In this document: positions 24,754 through 32,981 of the stretch, piece after piece
Layout of the letters: the number at the start of each line of letters is the position of its first letter
Position numbering within the stretch: position 1 is the stretch's first letter
From: a virus
Reading direction: 5' to 3' (one strand)
Virus record (IMG/VR): IMGVR_UViG_3300037760_000179
Span: 29,708-93,707 of that record
Length of the DNA: 64,000 nucleotides
Made by a program: the position numbers and the translations under genes
The notes under the pieces: model-generated
What the model was told of the DNA's origin: nothing
What the model saw: the letters and a program-made list of their open reading frames with translations, nothing else
Database searches by the model: none

Positions 24754-24960
24754 TCATTCGCGGAGCGGGAAGAACACGTCCATCGGCACGCTGGAGTCGC
24801 GCGGGTACGGCTTGTCGAGCGTCTCCAGCCACACCGCGTCGTCCGGATGGTGGCAGGCGTCCACGGCGTTCTCGCGGGTGGAGAACACGCCGCCCAGCTC
24901 CCAGTAGCCGGTCTCGGTGTTCTTGACCTGGGCGACGATCCAGACAGTGTCCACTGCCAC
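24754..24960 (-). CDS. Hypothetical phage protein
   Basis: ORF with WELGGVFSTRENA, typical of small phage proteins. Confidence 0.55.
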   Translation of the reverse strand: MAVDTVWIVAQVKNTETGYWELGGVFSTRENAVDACHHPDDAVWLETLDKPYPRDSSVPMDVFFPLRE

Positions 24961-24972
24961 CCCCCGGGGGCG

Positions 24973-25227
24973 CTACGCCCGGTCGATCGTTCCGCAGTCG
25001 GGGCATGCCCGTAGCCTGCCCAGCTCCATGACCCCGTGCTCGTGCAGGCCGTGGATGGGCAGCTCGACAGCGGACGGGAGCAGGCAGCGGTCGCACCAGT
25101 AGCCGGGTTCCGGGTCGCCGGCGGTGACGTGGACGGTGACCGTGGCGGCGTTGCGTGGCGCGGTGGCGGTCAGCTCGTCGCGGATCTGGCCGGTGACACG
25201 CCGCACGCCGGGCCCGAAGTCGGTCAC
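24973..25227 (-). CDS. Hypothetical Zn-finger protein
   Basis: WCDRC...CPDC. Confidence 0.55.
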   Translation of the reverse strand: MTDFGPGVRRVTGQIRDELTATAPRNAATVTVHVTAGDPEPGYWCDRCLLPSAVELPIHGLHEHGVMELGRLRACPDCGTIDRA

Positions 25228-25258
25228 GACGGTGCCGCCAACTCACCGACGCGCCGGT

Positions 25259-25483
25259 TCAGCCACCACCGGCCGCAGGGGATGCACATCGGCACGTCGG
25301 TACGGCTTCCCGCTCCGGCCAGTACAGGGCCGGGCGGCCGGAGCCGTCGAGGTAGACGATCCAGGACTTGCCGGCGGTGTCCTCGCCCTCGACCCAGCCG
25401 GCCCACGTCTCCGTGAGCGGCCGGTCCCCGGACGGGGTGTGCTCGATGCAGCCGTCGTAGCGGCCGATGGTGATGTTGGACAT
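25259..25483 (-). CDS. Hypothetical protein
   Basis: GAAGGGA RBS, ATG at 25483. Confidence 0.5.
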   Translation of the reverse strand: MSNITIGRYDGCIEHTPSGDRPLTETWAGWVEGEDTAGKSWIVYLDGSGRPALYWPEREAVPTCRCASPAAGGG

Positions 25484-25745
25484 GGGGATGATCCCTTCGT
25501 GGCGAATCGGATGTGACTCGCCGGGCTCATCCCGCCCGGACGTTTGGTGGCGGCCCCACGATCAGCCCCGTAGTGGCGCGCGGGGGCTCGCGGGGGTTGC
25601 AGGGCCACACGGGGCCGCCAGCTCATGGGGAGGGGAGGGTATAACGCTTCGTGCCACCTTTGGCTAGCTGAACGGCTATCGCATATCTGGCGCTTATGCT
25701 GAGTCGTTAGGCTCCGAAACCAACCCGCAACGAAAGAGACGGCCT

Positions 25746-26162
25746 ATGGCAACCGTTCAGGAGGTCCGCTACACCGACGACCTCACCGGCATGCAGCTCG
25801 ACAGCGGCGCCTTCCGGACCGTGCGCCTGGTAGTGGACGACCGGGCCTACGAGCTTCACCTGTCCCCGTCGTCGGCCGCCGAGCTGGAGCAGGCGCTAGC
25901 CCCGTTCATCGGGAACGCGGCCAGCGGGAAAGCGAAGCCGCCGGCCCACACCCATCGGATCGGCCTGCCCACCCAGCGGCGGGCGGCGGTGGACCGTGAG
26001 CGGCGCCGGGCGATACGTGTCTGGCTTGTCGACAACTGGCGGGCCGCCGGGCTCGACCCGCCCTCGAACAAGGGTCGTATCCCACGGGCGTCGGTGAACG
26101 CTTACCACCGCTACGGCGGGGGGAAGGTTCCGCAGCCGGCCCCCAAGGGGCGGTCCAAATAA
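25746..26162 (+). CDS. lsr2: Lsr2-like nucleoid-associated protein
   Basis: N-term TDDLTG..YELHLS..L.PFI; C-term IRVW...KGRIP AT-hook-like motif. Confidence 0.88.
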   Translation: MATVQEVRYTDDLTGMQLDSGAFRTVRLVVDDRAYELHLSPSSAAELEQALAPFIGNAASGKAKPPAHTHRIGLPTQRRAAVDRERRRAIRVWLVDNWRAAGLDPPSNKGRIPRASVNAYHRYGGGKVPQPAPKGRSK

Positions 26163-26239
26163 GGCAGCGGCCCGCCAGTTAGCCGAGTTGTGATTGTGAG
26201 GCTTCGGCCCCCGCCTTTCGGGCGTGGGTACCGGCCGGA

Positions 26240-26287
26240 TCAGCAGCAGAGCAGGATCACCTTCACGCAAAGGCTGATCAGCAGCAT
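26240..26287 (-). CDS. 15-aa hydrophobic peptide MLLISLCVKVILLCC
   Basis: GGGAGG RBS 9 nt upstream; flanked by hairpins. Confidence 0.5.
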   Translation of the reverse strand: MLLISLCVKVILLCC

Positions 26288-26379
26288 GGGGAGCCACCTC
26301 CCTTCGGGGGGAAAGGGTGAAGCCCCGGCCCGCTTTCGAGGCGTACGACCGGGGCTCCATGCAACTTCCAACGGCTGCG

Positions 26380-26453
26380 TGGCGGTGACGGGATTTGAAC
26401 CCGTGTCCTTCGGGTTATGAGCCCGACGAGCTACCGAACTGCTCCACACCGCT
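26380..26453 (-). tRNA. tRNA-Met(CAT), initiator type
   Basis: Full cloverleaf; anticodon stem GGG/CCC; 1:72 mismatch; GGTTCAAATCC T-arm; no encoded CCA. Confidence 0.93.
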
Positions 26454-26535
26454 GCGCTTGTGGGGGCGGGGGCCGTGGCCGGTGCGGAAGCCGGGCATGG
26501 TGCCCGGCCGGCACGACCACCCGCCGGGGTCCAGC

Positions 26536-26781
26536 CTACGACAGGGCGGCGACAGGGGACCGGCGGAACGAGCCAGCGTTGGCCTGCTCGCTGCGACGGG
26601 TTTGCTGCTCCGCCTCGACCGCGTCCACGTAGCGGTACAACGGCCGGCCGTCCGGGGCGCGCACGTACGGGCAGAGTTTGCCGCGTCGCACCCAGTCCGC
26701 GAACAGCTGCCGGGACACACCCAGGCGACGGGCGACCATCGCCGCCGGTAGGGGCTGGTGCGGGTCGTTGACGTCCACCAC
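26536..26781 (-). CDS. MerR-like HTH protein
   Basis: VARRLGVSRQLFADWVRRGKL...GRPLYR; start approximate. Confidence 0.7.
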   Translation of the reverse strand: MVDVNDPHQPLPAAMVARRLGVSRQLFADWVRRGKLCPYVRAPDGRPLYRYVDAVEAEQQTRRSEQANAGSFRRSPVAALS

Positions 26782-26906
26782 GGCGGCCACCACCGCCAAC
26801 CGACATGCGAAAGCCCCGCGCCTCAGGCGGGGGCCGGCTGTTTCTGGGCAGGATTCGCCGTTTCGACCATCGTAAAGGGGACAGGTGATCATGCCAAGTT
26901 GCGGGG

Positions 26907-28226
26907 TCAGGTCAGCGTGTCGGCGGGACGCCGGTAGGTCGGCCGCAGCAGCTCCCGCACCTGTTCGGGGGACCGCAGCGACGCCTCGTAGACACCCTGC
27001 CGTTTCGCCCATTCCGTGTAGTCCCCAGCGGTGAGGATCTTCCCGCACGATTGGCACTCCACATCCCCGGTGCCGTCGTTGCGCCGGTACAGCAGCCGCT
27101 TGTCGCACCGGTTGCACTCCACCCCCACGCACAGCTCCGGCGGCGGGTCGAACTCGTCCAACACGCCCATGAGCGTGCCCCGCAGCCGTTGCAGGGTGAT
27201 GCGGAACTCGTCGATCGGGCCGTAGCGTTCCCTGGCCCAGGGCAGCCGGTTGGTCAGCCACCGGCCCAGCTCCGGCACGGTGGGCACCGGCAGCCGGCCG
27301 GAGCCCGGGGCGCCCGCGTCGGCCCAGGCCCGCACCTCCTGGTCCAGGACCGCGGCAACCGGGACGTGACCCACCTGGTCGTCGGCGGAAACCCACACCA
27401 CCCCGCCCAGCACGGTACGCACGAACGGCGGCTCGAACGGCGGGTTGCGGGGCAGGTGCGCGATCAGGTCGGCCACCTCGGCCGGGGTCGGGGCGCGACC
27501 GGCCGCGGGCACCGGCTGGCGCTGCCGGACCGCGAACGTGCGGACCTGCTCCACCAGCTCCTCGCCGATGATCCAGTTGGTTTCCTGGTCGCGGACCGGC
27601 ACCATCCGCAGCTCCCGCAGGGTGTGCTCCGCTGGTTCGCCAGCGGCAAGCTTCGGCACCTTCTCACCCGACACCGAATCCAACGGCTGCCCGTCCGGGC
27701 CACGTACCACCGGGCCGAGCAGGTCCAGCACGTCCAGCCTGACCGGGGCGGGGGAGCCGGTGCGGCTACGTGACACCCTCGGGTCCTTGCGGCGGCCCGG
27801 CGTAAGGCCGGCGCCGCCGACCGCCGACAGCGGATCCGCCCGGCGCCACTCGCCTTCCGGCGGCAGCCACTCCCGCGTCTGCGGGTCACGGCGGCGGGGG
27901 TGCCAGTGCCAGTACCACCGGTCGTCCGCCTCCCAGTGCTCCGGCAGGATCAGCTCCGGCAGCTCGGCGGTCTTGTCCGGGATCGAGGCGACCAGGATCG
28001 GCAGCCACCGCTCACACGGTCCGCACACCCGGCCGTCGCCCTTGGACGGGTCGGGGTTTCGGCTCCAGCAGCACGGGCAGGAGCCGCGGGTGCGCCGCTG
28101 CCGACCGCAGCCCTCCGAGCCGCAGCCGCCGGGCACGCTACAGGCGACGAAGGGACCCGAGTGGCAATCGCACCGGGCCGGGCAAGCGGTCGCTGAGCTG
28201 GTGGCGGTGGTGGCGGTTGGCGGCAT
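26907..28226 (-). CDS. Zn-binding protein, possible late-gene regulator
   Basis: Multiple CxxC motifs (CGPC, CNRC, CQSC); position just upstream of the packaging module. Confidence 0.55.
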   Translation of the reverse strand: MPPTATTATSSATACPARCDCHSGPFVACSVPGGCGSEGCGRQRRTRGSCPCCWSRNPDPSKGDGRVCGPCERWLPILVASIPDKTAELPELILPEHWEADDRWYWHWHPRRRDPQTREWLPPEGEWRRADPLSAVGGAGLTPGRRKDPRVSRSRTGSPAPVRLDVLDLLGPVVRGPDGQPLDSVSGEKVPKLAAGEPAEHTLRELRMVPVRDQETNWIIGEELVEQVRTFAVRQRQPVPAAGRAPTPAEVADLIAHLPRNPPFEPPFVRTVLGGVVWVSADDQVGHVPVAAVLDQEVRAWADAGAPGSGRLPVPTVPELGRWLTNRLPWARERYGPIDEFRITLQRLRGTLMGVLDEFDPPPELCVGVECNRCDKRLLYRRNDGTGDVECQSCGKILTAGDYTEWAKRQGVYEASLRSPEQVRELLRPTYRRPADTLT

Positions 28227-28296
28227 GGTGTGGTCTCCCCGGCTAGGCTGGCGGTCAGCCGCCGGGGATTCAAGCGCCGTGCGGGGGTGGGTACGC

Positions 28297-28339
28297 GGAC
28301 GGCCCGGACCGCAGCGGGGGAGCCGGGTCCGGGCCGTCC
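28297..28339. repeat. 14-bp perfect inverted repeat in intergenic region
   Basis: GGACGGCCCGGACC...GGTCCGGGCCGTCC. Confidence 0.7.
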
Positions 28340-28545
28340 GGGTATCGTCCGTGCCCTTGCCGGGGAGCCTACCGGCTGGTAGGCGGGCAGGATGCGCAGC
28401 TCAGCCGGTGTGTCGGCCGGTGCCGGTAGGCTCGTGGGATGCCGAGCCGGCTACGGCGGCCCAGCGCCACACCCGGTAGGCCGCAGCCCGGCAGAGCTGA
28501 GGCCACGCCCCGGTAGCCCAACAAGCGCCGGGGCGCCCCAACCGC

Positions 28546-28731
28546 TCAGCTCTCACCTCGCGTCGGCCGGTCCAGCAGCCCCAGCAGCCCCCAGCCGCCG
28601 AACAGCAGCACCACCACAACCAGCATCCACCACCCACCCGCAACTCCGGCAGCAACGAGCGCCACGAACCAGGCCACGAAGCCGACCGCGGCCCAGGTCG
28701 TGACCCGCGCGTCGGAACGGCGGGCGGTCAC
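28546..28731 (-). CDS. Small membrane protein
   Basis: Two hydrophobic segments; GTGA coupling. Confidence 0.55.
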   Translation of the reverse strand: MTARRSDARVTTWAAVGFVAWFVALVAAGVAGGWWMLVVVVLLFGGWGLLGLLDRPTRGES

Positions 28732-28931
28732 TCCGCGCTCCAGTCGGGCGCGGTCACGTCCACGAAGCCCCGCCACTGCCAGCCGCCCTCGACCGGCACC
28801 ATGATGTTCAGATTCCCGACCGGGTTGCGGGTCAGCCGCGCGTCGGGGAACCGCTCGGCAACCTGCCGCAGCACCTCGGCCAGCTCAGCCGGGGACGCGC
28901 TCGGGTCCAGGCGGTCAACGACGTAGCTCAC
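28728..28931 (-). CDS. Hypothetical protein
   Basis: GTGA-coupled ORF. Confidence 0.5.
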   Translation of the reverse strand: MSYVVDRLDPSASPAELAEVLRQVAERFPDARLTRNPVGNLNIMVPVEGGWQWRGFVDVTAPDWSAE

Positions 28932-29413
28932 CGCGGCCTCCAAGCCTCGTCGTACCCGTCCCGGCCGGCATACCCCGCAGCCAGCAGCCTGACCCGCCGG
29001 AGCACCCGAGCGTCCCGGCCGCAGTCGCACGCCTTGCCGCGCTCCTCGTCGTTGCAGGTCTCGCCGCCGTCCCGCTCCTCGGTGGCGGCGCGGCAGGTGT
29101 ACCAGCAGTCGTCTTCCAGGACGAAGTGCTTCTCGGCGAGGATGTCGGCCAGGATCGCCCGGTGGGCTGCTACCAGGCCGAGCGCCGACGCAGGGCTGTA
29201 GCGGGTGAAGTGCCACTCCGCTGCTAGGTCACCCTCGACAACCACCATCCCGTCCTCAGCGGCGTGACGCATCCGACCGTGCGTGAACTGGTCGTCAAGG
29301 CGCTTCCCGCCCATGTCGTAGACGTGGTCGAGCGGTCGGACTGCCTGCGCCACCCGCTCATCCTCGTCGATCTGGGCTCGGGTCCACTCCACGATCTCGT
29401 CAGGTTCCGCCAT
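28928..29413 (-). CDS. DUF6221-like protein
   Basis: W.RAQIDEDERVA...VAAHRAIL...LLAAGYAGRDGYDEAWRP. Confidence 0.7.
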   Translation of the reverse strand: MAEPDEIVEWTRAQIDEDERVAQAVRPLDHVYDMGGKRLDDQFTHGRMRHAAEDGMVVVEGDLAAEWHFTRYSPASALGLVAAHRAILADILAEKHFVLEDDCWYTCRAATEERDGGETCNDEERGKACDCGRDARVLRRVRLLAAGYAGRDGYDEAWRPR

Positions 29414-29751
29414 CGTTGCCCCTCTCCGTCAGCCACCGTTCCACCTGTAGCCCACCCTGCCGTGGGCAGCCGTCCCGGTGTAGGTACGGGTCGGTGCCGT
29501 CGATCCGGGCCGGGCACCCACAGGCGGCTGTCGGCCCGTGCTCGGCGTGGTGCCGGGCGCCGCGCTCCAGGGCATCGGTCATCAGCTCCAGCTCGACCGC
29601 CTCGGCGGCCAGGTCCGGGCGCATCCGCCGGCCGGCGAAGTCCACCACCGAGTTGGCGCCCATAGCGCGGGCGACCTCGGGGGAGTTGGTGCGACCGACC
29701 AGCTCCCAACCTCCGCCGATCGGCTCCCGACGCTCGTACCAGCAGGTCCCG

Positions 29752-30135
29752 TCAGGCTGTCCCACCGGCGCTCACCTTCCCGTCCATCATCTGCCGCACC
29801 AACCACCACCAGCATGCCGCCGCGTACCAGGCCGCGAAGTACAGCCACGCCCCGGCGACGGCTTGCGAGAGCCCGGCCCACGGCGACGGGAGCCAGCCGG
29901 TGGCCCACCCGAGCGGCCACCACACGACCGCTCCCACCACCGCTGCGGCGAGCAGCCCGAAGGCCACCGGGGTCCGGCGGGGCAGCAGCGACCCGTACCA
30001 GCGCCACACCAGGGCGGACAGCAGCGGCCGGTCACCCAGCCACCCGAGAGCACGCAGCGCCAGGTCGTGGACCCGCTCCGGGTCGCCCCGGGCCGCCGCG
30101 TACAACGCCGGACGCACCACCCGCTCGTAGATCAC
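29752..30135 (-). CDS. Membrane protein with PyrD-like N-terminal helices
   Basis: VIYERVVRPALY...DPERVHDLAL followed by Trp-rich TM segments. Confidence 0.55.
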   Translation of the reverse strand: MIYERVVRPALYAAARGDPERVHDLALRALGWLGDRPLLSALVWRWYGSLLPRRTPVAFGLLAAAVVGAVVWWPLGWATGWLPSPWAGLSQAVAGAWLYFAAWYAAACWWWLVRQMMDGKVSAGGTA

Positions 30136-30740
30136 CGGCGGCCTGTCCAGTCCGGCCGGCACCAGCCTAGGAACCGGTCACCCCACCAGCCCGCGGCGGC
30201 CGAGACGGTCAGCGTCGTCGCGGCCAGCAGCGGCAGCGACCCGGGCACCAGCAGCGCCCCGGCGGCCAGCCCGGCGAACGAGGCCACGGCCAGCAGCAGG
30301 TAGCGAGACGACCACGGCGGGCCGGTGAGGGTCCGGTCAGGCTGCACGGCGCACCTCCTCCCGGATCACCTTGACAGCCGCATCGAACCCGTCACGCCAC
30401 GCCCAGCGCAGCCGGTTCCGCTCGGCTTCGTCAGCCACGTCGGCATACTCCGGTGGCTCCAGGCGTGGGTCCACGTCTGTCCGGGCAAGCTGCGCAGCTG
30501 CCCACTGCTCGACAACACCGAACAGCGAGGTCGCCTGCGGGTCAGGCTGCATGGACGTACACCTCCCCAGCCGGCACCGACGGATCGACGGCTATCCGCG
30601 TCGGCCCGCCTAGAACTCGGTGCACGCGCACCCCGCACGGCGGAGTCTGGCCGGCACCAGCCAACGCAGCGTCCAGGATCGCGTCATCCTCCGCCCGGAG
30701 GGCACGCTCGACGTGCTGCTGGATGTCCTCCCGCTGAGTT

Positions 30741-31118
30741 TCAGGCTGCATCGTCGCCGCCCTCGGCCGGTCGAAGGTCCGCCAACGGGCAGCCGAACTG
30801 GCCCCCACCGAGGTCCACCATCGCCCACCCGTCGTCGTCGATCGACACGATCGGACCGGGCTCGGCGTAGAGCCGGACAGCCGACCCGTAGCCAGGATGG
30901 CCCGGCTTGAGTCGGTTCGGCACGAACACCAGCGACCCGACGGCCAGGGTCTCCACGGCCCGGCGGGCGATGCCGTCGGCGGCACGCAGCTCGGTCTCGT
31001 TGGCGCGTCCCTGCCGGCGCAGCTTGTCCGGGTCGGCGGTGCCGTACCGGTCGATCAGGGTCTCGCGGGCAAGCTCGAACGCGTCCTTCTTGCGGGTCTG
31101 TTCAGGCATGGCTCCCAT
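30741..31118 (-). CDS. Hypothetical protein
   Basis: Coupled ORF downstream of the recombinase. Confidence 0.55.
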   Translation of the reverse strand: MGAMPEQTRKKDAFELARETLIDRYGTADPDKLRRQGRANETELRAADGIARRAVETLAVGSLVFVPNRLKPGHPGYGSAVRLYAEPGPIVSIDDDGWAMVDLGGGQFGCPLADLRPAEGGDDAA

Positions 31119-32217
31119 CCTCCCGTACTCGAGCGCCCGCTTCCGCCACCGCAGCGGCTACCAGATAGGCCGGATCGGTATCCAAGGTCAGCTTCGCCCG
31201 GTCGTAGCCCTGCGTGGTGCGTGGGTCCTTGTGACCCAGGGCGTGCTGGCGGGCTTCGAGGGAAGCGCCGGCAACTCGGGCGGTGGTGGCCCAGGCGTGG
31301 CGGAACGAGTGCGGGGTGATCTTCGCCGCTGAGGGTATGCCGGCCGCTCGAGCGGCGCGGCGGACGAACCGGTACACGGCGTGCCGGTCCAGCGGCCGGC
31401 CACTCGAGTCGACGAACAGCGGCGCGGCCGGGTCGTCCCGGCCGGGGCGGGCCTCGAGCATGGCGTCGATCGCGGCCACCGCGGCCGGGGGGAGGGGGCG
31501 GGTGCGTCTCCGGCCGCCCTTCATCCGCTCGAGCCGCAGCACCCGGTGACCGTCGGCGTAGCCCAGGTCCTCGAGGCGGGCCAGGCACAGCTCCGTCACT
31601 CGAGCGCCGAGGGCCACCATGGTCTCGGCCAGGGCGGTCGCGCACAGCGGGCCGAGCGGCTCGTCCGCTCGAGCAGCAGCAACGATCGCGGCGGCTTCGG
31701 CTGCGGAGAACCCGACGGTGGTGGTGTCGTCGCGGTCCACCCTCGGCCGGTCGGCACCGCCGACCGGGTTGGTGGCGACGGCCTCGAGGCGGACCAGGAA
31801 GGTGTACCAGCTCGAGACGGACGACAGCCGCCGGGCCACGGTGCTGGGGGAGAGCCCGGCAGCCTCGATGTTGCGGGCGAACTTGTTGACGTGGGTGAAT
31901 CTTGCTTCGAGCGGACGCAGCCCGGTCGACTCGCACCACGTCAGGTAGCCCTCGAGGTCACGCCGGTACGCGAGGCGGGTCAGTTCCGACAGGCGGCGGT
32001 TCGCCAGCCATCGGTCGGTGAACTCGAGCAGCTCCGGGATGGTTGCCAGGACGCCGGGCGGTGCGATGCGCTCGGGGTCTGCTCCCCCATCCAACCCCGA
32101 GAACGCATATGCGTCATTATGCGCTAGATCATCTTGGGTGGAGGGGAGTACCTCGTCGGGCTCGAGGACGACAGGATACTGACCGTTATCCTGCACTTGA
32201 TCTAGCCGGACGGTCAC
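31102..32217 (-). CDS. Tyrosine recombinase (XerC/D-like)
   Basis: SAM-like N domain (TRLAYRRDL); catalytic R (GARVTEL), KGG, HSFRH, LGH..PRTTQGY; start uncertain. Confidence 0.92.
   Translation of the reverse strand: MTVRLDQVQDNGQYPVVLEPDEVLPSTQDDLAHNDAYAFSGLDGGADPERIAPPGVLATIPELLEFTDRWLANRRLSELTRLAYRRDLEGYLTWCESTGLRPLEARFTHVNKFARNIEAAGLSPSTVARRLSSVSSWYTFLVRLEAVATNPVGGADRPRVDRDDTTTVGFSAAEAAAIVAAARADEPLGPLCATALAETMVALGARVTELCLARLEDLGYADGHRVLRLERMKGGRRRTRPLPPAAVAAIDAMLEARPGRDDPAAPLFVDSSGRPLDRHAVYRFVRRAARAAGIPSAAKITPHSFRHAWATTARVAGASLEARQHALGHKDPRTTQGYDRAKLTLDTDPAYLVAAAVAEAGARVREDGSHA
32100..32127. promoter_or_regulatory. dif-like 11-6-11 site
   Basis: AGAACGCATAT-GCGTCA-TTATGCGCTAG. Confidence 0.55.
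32169..32196. promoter_or_regulatory. Second dif-like 11-6-11 site
   Basis: CGACAGGATAC-TGACCG-TTATCCTGCAC. Confidence 0.5.
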
Positions 32218-32441
32218 GACGGCCTCGCATCCATCCGGTCCGAAGCCTCCACGAACACGTCGCACGGCCACGGCAGATTGCACCGCACACACCACGGCAT
32301 CACGCCGCCCGGCCACTCGGCGATGTCGTCCGTCGGTACCGGCTCGGCTCCGTGCGCGTCCATCACCGCCGAGTCGGCTCGGCCAGCGATCAGGTCGGGC
32401 AGGTCCCGCAGGAACGCCCACAGATCACGCAGCAGGTTCAT
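32214..32441 (-). CDS. Small CxxC/WPC protein (paralog of 34310-34546)
   Basis: PWCVRCNLPWPC. Confidence 0.6.
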   Translation of the reverse strand: MNLLRDLWAFLRDLPDLIAGRADSAVMDAHGAEPVPTDDIAEWPGGVMPWCVRCNLPWPCDVFVEASDRMDARPS

Positions 32442-32981
32442 GCCGTTCCCCTTCCCGCTCCGCAGCCTCCCAGCCAGCCAGGAACCCGCGCTCGAAGCCA
32501 ACCTCGTACGCGGCGCCGGACTGCTCGCGTACCTCGGTCCGGCGCTCGTCAGCGATGGCCCGCCGCAGCGCGCCCACGGCGGCGTCCACCGTCGTCGCTT
32601 CCTTCATGGCCTCAACCTCGCATTCCTGACGAGAACTGTTATTCTCGCGTGTTTCTTTCGTCCCGATTTGCGGCCGACAGTCGCGGCGCTATCGGCTGTC
32701 ACGTCGCGCCTCCCACCAGTCCCGGACCCGCCACCGCAGCCGGCGCGACAGCACAAACCACCACCACGACGGGTCCAGCCACTTCGTGACGTTTGGCAGT
32801 GCCACCGTCTCGCAAGTCGGGCAGCGGTGGAACCGCCACCCGAACCACCGGCCCTCCGCCGACAGCTCCCGGGCGAAGGCGCCACCCCGGCACACATCCC
32901 GCGACGGGCGCGGATACCGCCACCCGCCACCGGCCCAGCCCGGGCAGCGCCACGGCTTGTCGTAGCAGGTCCGGCGCAGCC

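Noticed and set aside
25675-25705. GCATAT...TTATGC palindrome as another dif-like site
   Set aside because: The spacer is 7 bp rather than 6, and it lies in the lsr2 promoter region; more likely an operator or promoter.
31102-32217. Recombinase as the prophage integrase marking an att boundary
   Set aside because: Phage-type genes continue, translationally coupled, on both sides; no host genes or att duplication are visible.
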